A stretch of DNA of 64,000 bases from Acidobacteriota bacterium (GCA_965263035.1 OZ253580.1:4640001-4704000); one strand, 5' to 3'. Positions 19,881-29,871 are shown, counted from the first letter of the stretch. The notes: generated from the sequence alone by a model not told the origin. Program-made: numbers and translations.

Positions 19881-20723
19881 ATGGAAGAGACGAAGATGGA
19901 AGTCCAAGCCGAATCGACCTCCAGTGGCGGATTGGGACAGACGCCCCCGCGCCTGAGGCGAAAATATTACGAATCGGAGCTCCGGCGCCTGCAGGCGGAG
20001 CTGACCAAGCTCCAGGACTGGGTGGCCCGGGAGGGGCTCAAGGTCGTGGTTCTCTTCGAGGGAAGGGACGCGGCCGGCAAAGGGGGCGTCATCAAGCGGA
20101 TCAGCCAGACGCTGAACCCCCGCCAGGTCCACGTGTCCGCCCTGGCCAAGCCCACCGAGCGCGAACGGACTCAATGGTATTTTCAGCGCTACGTGGCTCA
20201 TCTGCCGGCCGCCGGTGAGATCGTGCTCTTTGACCGGAGCTGGTACAACCGGGCCGGAGTCGAGCGGGTCATGGGATTCTGCACCGAGGAGGAGTACTGG
20301 GAATTCCTCTACTCCTGCCCCCGGTTCGAGCGGATGCTGCTCCGGTCCCACATCCACCTGATCAAGTACTGGTTCTCGGTGAGCGACGAAGAACAGGAAA
20401 GCCGCTTCCAGGCCCGGATCCGGGATCCGCGAAAGCGCTGGAAGCTGAGTCCCATGGATCTGGAGTCCCGGTTGCGCTGGGTCGAGTACTCCAAGGCCAA
20501 GGACGCCATGTTCGACAAGACGGACATTCCCGACGTGCCCTGGTACGTGGTCAACGCCGACAACAAGCGCCGGGCCCGGCTCAACTGCATCTCCCACCTG
20601 CTGAGCCGGTTCAACTACAACCAGGACGATCCGCCCGAACTGGAGCTCCCGCCCCGCCAGGAGGATGGGGGGTACGTCCGGCCGCCCATGGGTATCCAGA
20701 GGTTCGTTCCGGAAGCCTACTGA
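19881..20723 (+). CDS. ppk2: Polyphosphate kinase 2
   Basis: FEGRDAAGKGGVIKRI, WYFQRY, FDRSWYNRAGVERVMGFC, WKLSPMD. Confidence 0.95.
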   Translation: MEETKMEVQAESTSSGGLGQTPPRLRRKYYESELRRLQAELTKLQDWVAREGLKVVVLFEGRDAAGKGGVIKRISQTLNPRQVHVSALAKPTERERTQWYFQRYVAHLPAAGEIVLFDRSWYNRAGVERVMGFCTEEEYWEFLYSCPRFERMLLRSHIHLIKYWFSVSDEEQESRFQARIRDPRKRWKLSPMDLESRLRWVEYSKAKDAMFDKTDIPDVPWYVVNADNKRRARLNCISHLLSRFNYNQDDPPELELPPRQEDGGYVRPPMGIQRFVPEAY

Positions 20724-20768
20724 GACCGCCGGTCACCGGTAGTGCCGAGACCGAATCATCGCGTGACA

Positions 20769-21638
20769 ATGACCTTTCCCAGAGCCGGCTTCTTTCCCAT
20801 CGAAGTGACGGAGACCGAGAAGGAATATGAAGTCAAGATCGCTCCCGGTGAAAAAGAGCGGGCTAAAAAGATACCTGGCCGTCGATGGGATCCGAACCGA
20901 ACGCGTTGGGTGTATCCGAAGACGATAGCGTGTTATCGCGCTTTGAAGAGAGAGTTCGGACGCGATGCTGCGCTCTTTGACTTGCGGGAACCTGCCTCGA
21001 AACGGCTCCCGACGCCGGCTCCTCTTGATCCGACGCCCGGTGAACCAACGGTACGGAAGCGTTTGGAAGACCTCGACGAAGGCGTGAGAACGATTCTCAG
21101 CATTGTGGACAACGTCGAGAAGTCGACTCGGAAAACGCAGAAGCTGGTGGAGGACGCTCACCAGCCCTCAGAATCACGGACTGACGGCGAAATCGATCTC
21201 ACTAAGCGAACGAATCTCCAAGACCTGGAAAGGATGCTCAAGGAGTTGGCTTATCAGGTATCGGGAGACCCCTCCTTCAAGGTGTGGATGAGGGAGATGG
21301 AGCCCATCATGTATCCCCGTGAGTTCGTCGAGAGCACTCATGAAGAAATCAAAAGGAACTTTCAACAGATGCTCGGACTGGAAACCTCTGCCAGATACTC
21401 CTTTCCGGAAATCGTCTCCAAACTGCAAACGGAAGATCTTCTGCCCATGGATTCTGTTCCGAGGGCGTCCTACGTGCTTCGCACCATGAACGACCACAGA
21501 AACCGTTTTGCGCACGCTCGCCGCCATGATTTTTCAGACGCGGAACGCCTCACTCGTTCCATCATCTACCTTTTCAATCTGGCCCTTGTCTGGAACTACG
21601 TGGCTTCCGAGCCGATAGACGAAAATGGCGTGGAGTAG
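20769..21638 (+). CDS. Hypothetical protein with HARP-like N-terminus, coiled coil and C-terminal HEPN-like Rx4H motif
   Basis: AKKIPGRRWDP...RWVYP; MNDHRNRFAH (21498-21515); lower GC. Confidence 0.6.
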   Translation: MTFPRAGFFPIEVTETEKEYEVKIAPGEKERAKKIPGRRWDPNRTRWVYPKTIACYRALKREFGRDAALFDLREPASKRLPTPAPLDPTPGEPTVRKRLEDLDEGVRTILSIVDNVEKSTRKTQKLVEDAHQPSESRTDGEIDLTKRTNLQDLERMLKELAYQVSGDPSFKVWMREMEPIMYPREFVESTHEEIKRNFQQMLGLETSARYSFPEIVSKLQTEDLLPMDSVPRASYVLRTMNDHRNRFAHARRHDFSDAERLTRSIIYLFNLALVWNYVASEPIDENGVE

Positions 21639-21657
21639 GGGCGGCTTTCCAGCCGCT
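21635..21657 (+). repeat. GTAG-headed REP overlapping the stop codon of the upstream gene
   Basis: GTAG-gggcggc-tttcca-gccgc. Confidence 0.7.
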
Positions 21658-21686
21658 GAAATCCGTGCTGCGGCAGGTCCGACCGG

Positions 21687-23531
21687 TCAGGGCAGCGCGT
21701 AGGCCACCAGCCCGTCGGAGGTGACGTCGCTGAACACGTTGCCGCCGCCCGCTGCGATCACCACGTACTGCTTGCCGCTCTTCTCGCCCCAGTAGGTCAT
21801 GGGGGTGGCATGGGCGTTGGCCTCCAGCAGGTCCACCCAGAGCTCCTCGCCGCTGGCGGCGTCGAAGGCCCGGAAACGGCGGTCGTTGGTGCCGCCGATG
21901 AAGACCAGCCCGCCGGCGGTGACGATGGAGCCTCCCAGGTTCGGGGTCCCCGTCTTGGGGACGCCCTTCTCCATCAGCTCGTCCACCACGCCGAGGGTGC
22001 TCTTCCAGACGATCTCGCCCCGGTTCAGATCCACGGCGTTGAGAGTGCCCCAGGGGGGTTCCTGGCAGGGCCATTTGTTGTCCTGCCAGAATCGGCGGCC
22101 CGCGCCGCGCGCGTTCCCCAGCTCGGTGACGTTCACGTAGAGGATCCCGGTCGTGGGATCGAACGAGGATCCGGACCAGTTGGCTCCGCCCAGGGATCCG
22201 GGCAGCATGAGGGTCGGCCCCTCTTGGCGGGGCGTGTAGATGCCCTCGTAGTGGAGCGAGTCGAAGAGCTCCAGACAGAATTCGTAGGACTCGGGCGTCA
22301 CCCGGCTCACCTCGTCCCGGGTCAGGTTGTGCCGAACCAACGGCGGCGGCTTGACGGTAATAGGCTGGGTGGGCCAGTTGTATCCACCCCCGGTCTGGGG
22401 CACCGGGCGCTCCTCCACCGGGAGCAACGGTTGGCCGGTCAGCCGATCCAGCACGAAGACCATGCCCATCTTGGTGGGCTGAGCCACCGCCGGGACCTCT
22501 CGTCCGTCTCGTTCCAGGGTCACCAGCGCGGGCTGAGCCGGGAGGTCGTAGTCCCAGGTGTCGTGGCGGACCATCTGGTAGTGCCAGATAAGTTTTCCGG
22601 TGAGGGCGTCAAGCACCAGCAAGGTGTTCCCGTAAAGATTCTGACCGTCACGGTCACCTCCCAGGGGCGACGCCGTGGGGGCGAACACCCAACCTCGCTC
22701 CGTGTCCACGCTGATGATGGACCAGGCGTTCGCGCCGGAACGGTCCGTCCAGGAGTCTCCCTCCCAGGTCTCGTTTCCCGGTTCGCCGGGGCGGGGAACG
22801 GTGTGGAACTCCCAGATCAGGTCACCCGTGAGCACGTCCCAGGCCCGGACCTTTCCGCTGGGTCCCTTCTTCTCCTGACCGGAGCTGAGCCGGGATCCGG
22901 TGACCACCACGTTCTTGTAGACGGCCACCGGGGAAGTGACCGTGTAGATGCCCTTGGGCCAGCGGGCGGTCATGCCCCCGTCCAGGTCCACCGACCCGCC
23001 CTCGCCGAATTCGGGGATCAATTGGCCCGTGCCGGCATCCAGCGCCAGCAGCCTGGCGTCTCCCGTCCCCATGAGGATCCGCCGCTGGGGTTTTCCGTCG
23101 ACGGTTCCCTCCCAGTACGAGACGCCCCGGTGTTGGAGGTAATAGCGGTCGTCGGTGCGGCCCTCCTGCGGGTCGAACTCCCAGAGCTCCCGGCCCGTCT
23201 CCGCCTCCAGGGCGATGATCCGGTTGGAAGGGGTGGACAGGTAAAGGACTCCATCCACCGCCAGAGGCGTGCATTCCCACGGCGCTTGCATCCGGTCGGG
23301 GATGGTCCGATGCGGGCGCTTCACCTCGCCCATCCGGTAGATCCAGGCCACCTCGAGTTCCTGGACGTTGGTGCGGTTGATCTGGGCCAGAGCGGAGTAC
23401 CTGGTCCCGCCCGCGTCCTTGCCGTAGTGGCGCCAGTCGTTGTCGTCGGAGGGATCGGGCGCCGGGACGCAAGCCGCCAGCAAGAGCGGGAGCAGGAAAA
23501 GGGTGTATGTCGATCTTATGCGGGATTTCAT
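21687..23531 (-). CDS. PQQ-dependent dehydrogenase (glucose/quinate/shikimate family), lipoprotein
   Basis: RYSALAQINRTNV, ECTPL, RGVSYW, GANAWS, HDTWDYDLP, PPWGTLNAVDL, TAGGLVFIG; lipobox LAAC. Confidence 0.9.
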   Translation of the reverse strand: MKSRIRSTYTLFLLPLLLAACVPAPDPSDDNDWRHYGKDAGGTRYSALAQINRTNVQELEVAWIYRMGEVKRPHRTIPDRMQAPWECTPLAVDGVLYLSTPSNRIIALEAETGRELWEFDPQEGRTDDRYYLQHRGVSYWEGTVDGKPQRRILMGTGDARLLALDAGTGQLIPEFGEGGSVDLDGGMTARWPKGIYTVTSPVAVYKNVVVTGSRLSSGQEKKGPSGKVRAWDVLTGDLIWEFHTVPRPGEPGNETWEGDSWTDRSGANAWSIISVDTERGWVFAPTASPLGGDRDGQNLYGNTLLVLDALTGKLIWHYQMVRHDTWDYDLPAQPALVTLERDGREVPAVAQPTKMGMVFVLDRLTGQPLLPVEERPVPQTGGGYNWPTQPITVKPPPLVRHNLTRDEVSRVTPESYEFCLELFDSLHYEGIYTPRQEGPTLMLPGSLGGANWSGSSFDPTTGILYVNVTELGNARGAGRRFWQDNKWPCQEPPWGTLNAVDLNRGEIVWKSTLGVVDELMEKGVPKTGTPNLGGSIVTAGGLVFIGGTNDRRFRAFDAASGEELWVDLLEANAHATPMTYWGEKSGKQYVVIAAGGGNVFSDVTSDGLVAYALP

Positions 23532-23575
23532 AGGGACCATATGATGCCACCTGAGAGAGGTGTTGTCAGTGACCT

Positions 23576-23785
23576 TGGGAGGGCGGTTTTCTTGCCGCCC
23601 ATTGGGACAGGCGACTTTCTTGTCGCCTGCCAGGAGGGGCGACTTTCTTGTCGCCCACTGGGACAGGCGACTTTCTTGTCGCCTGCTCTTCTTTTACTGC
23701 TATGCAATTCCGTGGCCGGAATGTGTAGAGTGGGGACTCCGTCCCCCCTGCCCCCCTGTTCGGCGCCAAGAAAGCCGCCGCTCCC
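23576..23785. repeat. REP cluster/REPIN
   Basis: Four tandem ggcg(a/g)(c/t)tttcttg(t/c)cgcc hairpins plus an inverted copy ending gccgccgctccc. Confidence 0.85.
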
Positions 23786-23787
23786 AA

Positions 23788-24327
23788 CTACTGCCGAACA
23801 TGACAAACGTCGCAGCCGTTGGAAGCCTTGTGGGCCGCGTGACAGTCCATGCAGAAGGCCATGGAGGTGGGCTTCTCCTGAACCAATACCTCCCGCTTGG
23901 CCACCGGACCGTGGCAGGCGGCGCATTCGATCTTGGCGTCCACGGCGTGCAGCGCGTGTGAGAACCAGACATAGTCGGGGACCCGGTAGATCCGGACCCA
24001 CGGAATCGTCTCACCCGCTTTCACGGCCTTGGCCAGCTTCAGGATGTCCGGACTGTCGCTCTTGACGGCGGTGTGGCAGACCATGCACTTGGACTCGGCG
24101 GGCAGACCGGCCGTGAACCCCGGATCCTCGATGGGGTGGCAGAAGGCACACTTCAAGCCGGCGGCCATATGGACCTTGTGGCTGAAGGGGATGGGCTGAG
24201 GCTCCGGGGCCTTGTCTTCCGAGCGGGCAGCCCCGGTCGGGACACCGAGGAACAGAATCAGGCCAGCGACTCCAAGGCGTCGGCCCCGGGAGACCGGCTC
24301 AAGCCAGCGCGAAGGCCACGAACTCAT
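23788..24327 (-). CDS. Pentaheme cytochrome c (c3/c7-, ActA-like)
   Basis: PQPIPFSHKVH; CAFCH, CMVCH, CAACH, CMDCH, CDVCH; VWFSHALH. Confidence 0.85.
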   Translation of the reverse strand: MSSWPSRWLEPVSRGRRLGVAGLILFLGVPTGAARSEDKAPEPQPIPFSHKVHMAAGLKCAFCHPIEDPGFTAGLPAESKCMVCHTAVKSDSPDILKLAKAVKAGETIPWVRIYRVPDYVWFSHALHAVDAKIECAACHGPVAKREVLVQEKPTSMAFCMDCHAAHKASNGCDVCHVRQ

Positions 24328-26200
24328 CGCCCGAATTGGAAACAGCCTGGCCGCCCCCGGCGGCGATGACCACATACTGCCGGCCCTCCGCCTCGTAGGT
24401 GGACGGGGTGGCGAAGCCGCCGGCGTTCAACTGATGCTCCCAGACCACGCGGCCGTTGCTGGAGTCGTAGGCGCGGAACTTCTTGTCGAAACTTCCCCCC
24501 ACGAAGATCAGGCCGCCGGCCGTGGCGATGGTCCCGCCGTGCATGGGGCTCCCGGTCCCGGTGATGCCACGGGCTTCCAACTCCGGGATCCTGCCCGCCA
24601 CCACTCGCCAGGCGAAGTCCCCCGAGTCCAGATCGATGGCCGTCAGGTAGCCCCACGGGGGCTTGATGACCGGGTACTTATCCGGATCCGACAGCTGGGC
24701 CCGCTCCGGCAGGGCGTAGTCGAAGGGCTGATCTTCCCGCGCCGGGGCCAACGTGATCCGGTTGGTCCATTCGCTGGTGTTGACGAAAAGCCGATTGGCC
24801 GCCGGGTCGTAGCTGCATCCGCCCCAGAGAGCTCCACCCCGGAAGCCCGGATGGATGATGGTCCCCTGGAGGCTGGGCGGAGTGTAGAGTGCGCCGACGC
24901 GGGAGCGGTCGTAGATCTCCTTCACGAAGGCGTGGGCTTCGGGCGTGATGTCGGTGATCTGGTCCGGCATGAACCCCTGCCGGCAGAGGGGAGGAGGCTT
25001 CACGGGAAAGGGCTGGGTGGGCCAGAGCTCCTCGCCCGGAACGTCCGAGGCGGGCATGGGCCGCTCCTCGACGGGGAAGACCGGTTTGCCCGTCTCCCGA
25101 TCGAAGAAGAAGGTCATCCCCATCTTGGTGGGCTGGACCACCGCCTCGAAAGTCCGCCCGCCCTGGGTCATGGTGATGAGGGCCGGCTGGCACGGAAGGT
25201 CGTAGTCCCAGACGTCGTGGTGGACGGTCTGGAAGTGCCATTGCCGCTCCCCGGTGGAGGCGTCGAGGGCCAGGACGCAGTTGCCGAACAGGTTGGCGCC
25301 CTTGCGGTTGCCCCCGTAGAAGTCGAAGGCGGGCGAGCCGACGGAGGCGAAGACCCAGCCCCGGGCCGGGTCCAGGCTCATGCCGCCCCAGTTGTTGGTC
25401 CCGCCCGTGGTTTTCCACGAGTCGCCTTCCCAGGTGTCGTTTCCGAACTGTCCCGGACGAGGCGTGGTGTGGAAGATCCAGCGCCGCTTTCCGGTGGCGG
25501 CGTCGTAGCCCCGGATGTGGCCCGGCGCCTCCGGGTAGGGGCCCTCCGCGCCGCCGCCTCCCACGATGATCAGGTCCCGGTAGGCCACCACCGGACTGGT
25601 CACGTTGAAGGAGAGTCCGGTCATGTCGTGGTCGAAGTCCTGCTTCAGGTCGATGACCCCGTCCTGGCCGAATCCGGGCGTCAGCTTCCCGGTGCCGGCG
25701 TCGATGGAGTAGAGCATGTCCTTGTCCGGCAGGAAGATCCGGCGGTCGTCCGGCCGGGTGGGGTTCTGCCAGTAGGTGACTCCCCGGTTGACGCCCGGGG
25801 ATCTCCGCAACGGCTTGCCGCCCTGGGGATCGAAGCTCCACAGTTTCCGGCCCGTGGCCGCATCCAGCGCATGCGCCCGGAGCTGGGCCGTGGAGATGTA
25901 CATCCGGCCGTCCACCACAATGGGCGTGCACTCGATGGTGGTGGCCGGTTTCCGTATGGCGTCGCCGGTGCGGTGGGTCCAGGCCACCTTCAGCTCGGAA
26001 ACGTTGGTCCGGTTGATCTGGTCCAGCGGTGAGTAGCGGCTGGCGCCCGCGTCTCCGCCATAGTTCTGCCACTCCCGGGCGGCCGGGTCCACAGCTTGCC
26101 GGGCCGGGGCGCAGGCGCTCCAGACGGCGGCCAACGCAGAGCTCGTCTTCAGAAAATGACGGCGGTCGATGGGGCCCTTCATGCCGGATGGGGCGGTCAT
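24299..26200 (-). CDS. Tat-exported PQQ-dependent dehydrogenase
   Basis: IDRRHFLK Tat motif; RYSPLDQIN, ECTP, GGTNNWGG, HHDVWDYDLP, PPWGYLTAIDL. Confidence 0.9.
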   Translation of the reverse strand: MTAPSGMKGPIDRRHFLKTSSALAAVWSACAPARQAVDPAAREWQNYGGDAGASRYSPLDQINRTNVSELKVAWTHRTGDAIRKPATTIECTPIVVDGRMYISTAQLRAHALDAATGRKLWSFDPQGGKPLRRSPGVNRGVTYWQNPTRPDDRRIFLPDKDMLYSIDAGTGKLTPGFGQDGVIDLKQDFDHDMTGLSFNVTSPVVAYRDLIIVGGGGAEGPYPEAPGHIRGYDAATGKRRWIFHTTPRPGQFGNDTWEGDSWKTTGGTNNWGGMSLDPARGWVFASVGSPAFDFYGGNRKGANLFGNCVLALDASTGERQWHFQTVHHDVWDYDLPCQPALITMTQGGRTFEAVVQPTKMGMTFFFDRETGKPVFPVEERPMPASDVPGEELWPTQPFPVKPPPLCRQGFMPDQITDITPEAHAFVKEIYDRSRVGALYTPPSLQGTIIHPGFRGGALWGGCSYDPAANRLFVNTSEWTNRITLAPAREDQPFDYALPERAQLSDPDKYPVIKPPWGYLTAIDLDSGDFAWRVVAGRIPELEARGITGTGSPMHGGTIATAGGLIFVGGSFDKKFRAYDSSNGRVVWEHQLNAGGFATPSTYEAEGRQYVVIAAGGGQAVSNSGDEFVAFALA

Positions 26201-26595
26201 TTGGCGAACGTTCGGATGAAGTTCACAAGTTGCCACCGCTCCTCGTCGGAGAGCTTTTTCTGGTAGCCGGGCATGGGATCCTTGCCGTTGGTGATCTTCC
26301 AGAAGAACTCACCGTCGGTGACCTTGGCCATGGCTTCGGCGTCGTTGAACGGAGGGGGCTTCTCCTTGAGCATGCCTGCCACCGGACCATCCGCTCCTCC
26401 CGTATCACCGTGGCAGAACTTGCAGTTCTCGTCGTATTGCGTCCTCGCCGTGGCCATGGATTCGTCGGTGGCAGCATGGGGGTTCGTCATCTTCTTGGCC
26501 TCTTCGGGCGCCTCCCAATCGTGGGCGCCGGCGGCCAACAGGAGCAGGCAACTCCCCATCAGGCTCAGGATGAATCGAGTCGTGAATCTTCGCAT
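26197..26595 (-). CDS. Monoheme cytochrome c
   Basis: Signal peptide; CKFCHG; TDGEFFWKITNGKDPMP. Confidence 0.88.
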   Translation of the reverse strand: MRRFTTRFILSLMGSCLLLLAAGAHDWEAPEEAKKMTNPHAATDESMATARTQYDENCKFCHGDTGGADGPVAGMLKEKPPPFNDAEAMAKVTDGEFFWKITNGKDPMPGYQKKLSDEERWQLVNFIRTFAK

Positions 26596-26715
26596 GGATC
26601 CTATTCTCCGCAACTTCGTGGAATGTGCCGTGTGCCGGCATGATCCCGGTTTCGCCGGCCACGAGATTGTAACACTTCGGTTCTGCGCCGAACCGCTTGC
26701 CGCTGGCCGGTCGGG

Positions 26716-28596
26716 TCATTCCGGAACGGTCAGAACCAGCGCCGAGGCCCGGCCCGGGGCCTGGTAGACACTGTTCACCGCCGTCTTCAAGTGGGTGTGG
26801 CGTCCCAGGAACTCGCCCGTGTTGGGGTTGACGTCATAGAAGGGAAAGTTGCTGCCGGAGATGTCCAGGCGGACCCGGTGCCCCTTGTGGAACCGGTTCG
26901 CCGTGTCCCAGAGGTCGATCTCGACCCGGTAGACGGTGCCCGGCTCCATCAGCTCTTCCCGTTCCCGGGATTCGCGGAAACGCATCCTGAGGATGCCGTC
27001 TTCCAGGTTCATGGCGTACCCCTCCGGATAGTCGGACGAAGGCGGATAGACGTCCATGAGCTTCGCCGTGAAGTCGGTGTCCCTGGCCGTGGAGGAGACC
27101 CAGAGCTCCACCCGCATGGGACCGGCGATCTCCAGGTCCTCTTCCAGGGGCGGCGTCTGAAAGGAGAGCACGTCGGAGCGGGACGAGAGAGGGAGCTGGT
27201 CGGTGGCGGCGAACTCTCCCTCGATCGGGACCTGGTTCCGGGCGCCCCGCCGCACCAGTTGTTTCCCCGAGTCGATGTTGCCCCCGATGGTGGGCACCGG
27301 TTTCCTGGGATCGTACTCGAACCCGCTCCTGCCCGGTTCCTGAGGCGACTCGCGGCGAAGGCTGCCGTCGGGGTGCAGATACAGGCGCAGTTGCCGCGAC
27401 CCCGCGGGGGGCCAGGTACCGGAGCTCTTCCAGGCGCCGCTGCTCTGGAGCCTCCCCTTGTCGTTGCGTTTCGCCGATTCGGCGCCCATGACGAAGTACC
27501 GGACCGGAGGCTGCCGCTCCAGGTCCAGGTCCTTTCCCTTGAGGAACTGGTCGAACCACTTCACCGCCTTCTTCCGGAGCGTCATCTTCACCTCCGGCCC
27601 GAAGTCGACGTCCCCGGCGTACGTCCGCCCCGTGGAGTGGGTCCAGGGGCCAACCAGGAGATGGACGTAACCCTGGCGGCCGGTCAGGCCCTGAAAGTTC
27701 CTCAAGGTCCCCCGTTTGAAGATGTCGTACCAGCCGCCGATGAAGCAGATGGGGATGTCCGGGTATTGGGAGTGTCGCTCCTCGAAGTTGTAGCCGTTCT
27801 GCTTCCAGTAGTCGTCGTAGGTGGGATGCGCTCTCCAGTCCGCGTACCAGCGGGCATAGGAGGGCGTCCAGGACAACGGCGAGGTGGACTTGAGGGGCGC
27901 CGCCATGAGCCAGCTCGCCAGTTGCTCGTTGGCGCGGTTCAGGGCCGCCAGGGTGGGGATTTCCTCTTCCGCATCCGGGTCCCCGGATTGGGCCTCCTTG
28001 CCCCACTGCGCCAGGCGGAACCCGTAGGCCATGTTGTGCAGCAAGGCGAATGCACCCCCTCGGCCCGCTCCGTCCTCGATGTAGTTGGAGGTGCCCACGT
28101 AGGCGAACATGGTCTTCAGGTGAGGCGGTCTCAGGACCGCCAGAGCGTTCTGGCAGGCGGCCCCATAGGATCCACCGTAGGTCCCCACGTCGCCGCTGGA
28201 CCAGGGTTGGGCGGCGATCCATTCCACGGCGTCGTATCCGTCCTCGCCCTCGTTGACGTAGATGTAGAATTCCCCCTCCGAATCGTACCGACCCCGCGTG
28301 TCCTGGATCGCCACCGCGTAGCCGTGGGTGGTGAAGAACTCGGCGGGCGCGGCCGATCTGCTCTTCCCGTAGGGGTGCCGAATGAGGATGGTGGGGAAGG
28401 GGCCGGGAGGCGTGGTCTCGCCATTGGGCAGGTAGACGTCGGTCGCCAGGCGGACGCCGTCTCGCATCGGCGCCATGACGTTCTTCCAGATCCGGACCTG
28501 AATCGGGCCCTCGGGAGGCCGGGCATGGGAAGTGAGAGTCAATCCGATGGCGACGGCGGCCGCAGCCACCAGCAACCAGATTCGTTGTGCCGTCAT
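26716..28596 (-). CDS. CocE/NonD family serine hydrolase (secreted)
   Basis: MRDGVRLATDVYLP, DTRGRYDSEG, GGSYG, GGWYDIF, GPWTH; RBS ggagg before ATG 28596. Confidence 0.9.
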   Translation of the reverse strand: MTAQRIWLLVAAAAVAIGLTLTSHARPPEGPIQVRIWKNVMAPMRDGVRLATDVYLPNGETTPPGPFPTILIRHPYGKSRSAAPAEFFTTHGYAVAIQDTRGRYDSEGEFYIYVNEGEDGYDAVEWIAAQPWSSGDVGTYGGSYGAACQNALAVLRPPHLKTMFAYVGTSNYIEDGAGRGGAFALLHNMAYGFRLAQWGKEAQSGDPDAEEEIPTLAALNRANEQLASWLMAAPLKSTSPLSWTPSYARWYADWRAHPTYDDYWKQNGYNFEERHSQYPDIPICFIGGWYDIFKRGTLRNFQGLTGRQGYVHLLVGPWTHSTGRTYAGDVDFGPEVKMTLRKKAVKWFDQFLKGKDLDLERQPPVRYFVMGAESAKRNDKGRLQSSGAWKSSGTWPPAGSRQLRLYLHPDGSLRRESPQEPGRSGFEYDPRKPVPTIGGNIDSGKQLVRRGARNQVPIEGEFAATDQLPLSSRSDVLSFQTPPLEEDLEIAGPMRVELWVSSTARDTDFTAKLMDVYPPSSDYPEGYAMNLEDGILRMRFRESREREELMEPGTVYRVEIDLWDTANRFHKGHRVRLDISGSNFPFYDVNPNTGEFLGRHTHLKTAVNSVYQAPGRASALVLTVPE

Positions 28597-28612
28597 GGAA
28601 ATCCCTCCAGTC

Positions 28613-28668
28613 GTGGATTCACAAGGAATCCACAGGCGATCGACAGGAAACCCACCGGCAATCCACAA
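28613..28668. promoter_or_regulatory. Array of imperfect 11-bp direct repeats in a divergent promoter region
   Basis: Minus strand: TGTGGATTGCC GGTGGGTTTCC TGTCGATCGCC TGTGGATTCCT TGTGAATCCAC. Confidence 0.45.
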
Positions 28669-28827
28669 GTGTTTCCAAGCCGATCGACGAATTGTTGCCG
28701 ATGGAACGGTCCATCATAACCAGAGGCATCAAAAGTGAGAACCAGCCACCCGCTCCTCTCTCCTCATTTTGCGGTATCTTGAGGCCGGTTTGGACAACTG
28801 AGAGACAACCATTTGGGAGCATAACGA

Positions 28828-29871
28828 ATGACGAATCAATCGCATCGGGCAGTGATCATGGGTCTGGGCTACATCGGCGGCGCGGACCAGGTCTCGGGAG
28901 ACGCGCTGGGCCAGTTGGTGGTGGACCTGGACGGGACCCACATCGACGCCCTGGCCAACCATCCGCGGGTCGAGGTGGTGGCCGGCAGCAGCCGGGACCT
29001 GGGCCGGCGGGAACGGTTCACCGAACGGACCGGAATCGGGACCTATGCCGACTGGCGGGAGATGCTGGAGAAGGAAAAGCCCGACGTGGTGAGCGTAGCC
29101 ACCTACACTCCGGTCCACAAGGAGATGACGGTGGTCTGTGCCCGGCAGGGGGCCCGGGCCATCCTCTGCGAGAAACCCATCGCCAATACCGTGGCCGATG
29201 GTCACGACATGGTGGACGCCTGCGAGGAGTCGGGCTCGTTGCTGGCCATCAACCACAACCGGCGTTTCAATCCCAACTACCGGAGGCTGCGGGACCATAT
29301 CGCCGCCGGAGGACTGGGCGAGTTGACCTCGGTGACGGCCCAGTGGAGCAGCGGACGCCTGGGAAACGTGGGGACCCACGTCTTCGACGCCATCCGGCTC
29401 ATCACTGGGCGCCGGGTCGAAGCCGTCTCGGGGACGCTGGACCTGGCCGGGAAGCCCGACTGCCGGGGACCCGCGTTTCAGGACCCGGGAGGATGGGGCG
29501 TGATGCGGTTGGAAGGAGGCCTCATGACCACGGTGGACGCCGCCGACTACGCCCGGGTCCCCATGGCCATCGGCTTCAACGGCACCGAGGGCCGAGCCAC
29601 CACCGGAGGTGAGGAGGTACGGATCGAGTACTGGGACGGCCGGAACGAGGAGTGGCCGAGTCCCCGGACCCAAGCCACCTCAATGGACGTGGCGGTAGGC
29701 GAGATCGTGGATTGGCTGGAGGGGACCGCCCCCTTCCCCTATCCGGCCGTGGAAGCGGTCGAGACCCTGGAAGCCATCGCCGGCTTCCACCTCTCCCACG
29801 CCCGCTCGGGCGCCTGGGTGGAGCTGCCGCTCGAAGGCGAGGACCGGAACACCGTAGTCAATAGCGGATAA
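28828..29871 (+). CDS. Gfo/Idh/MocA oxidoreductase
   Basis: GLGYIG, ILCEKPIA, NHNRRF, GTHVFD. Confidence 0.9.
   Translation: MTNQSHRAVIMGLGYIGGADQVSGDALGQLVVDLDGTHIDALANHPRVEVVAGSSRDLGRRERFTERTGIGTYADWREMLEKEKPDVVSVATYTPVHKEMTVVCARQGARAILCEKPIANTVADGHDMVDACEESGSLLAINHNRRFNPNYRRLRDHIAAGGLGELTSVTAQWSSGRLGNVGTHVFDAIRLITGRRVEAVSGTLDLAGKPDCRGPAFQDPGGWGVMRLEGGLMTTVDAADYARVPMAIGFNGTEGRATTGGEEVRIEYWDGRNEEWPSPRTQATSMDVAVGEIVDWLEGTAPFPYPAVEAVETLEAIAGFHLSHARSGAWVELPLEGEDRNTVVNSG

Noticed and set aside
15664-19956. 1430-aa ORF on the + strand
   Set aside because: Shadow frame: antisense to the SSS and phosphoesterase genes, crosses a REP cluster, then runs out of frame over the real SSS gene; no domain motifs.
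21810-28719. Long + strand ORFs (751, 606, 642 aa) and similar antisense ORFs elsewhere
   Set aside because: Antisense shadows of well-supported genes, expected at this GC content.
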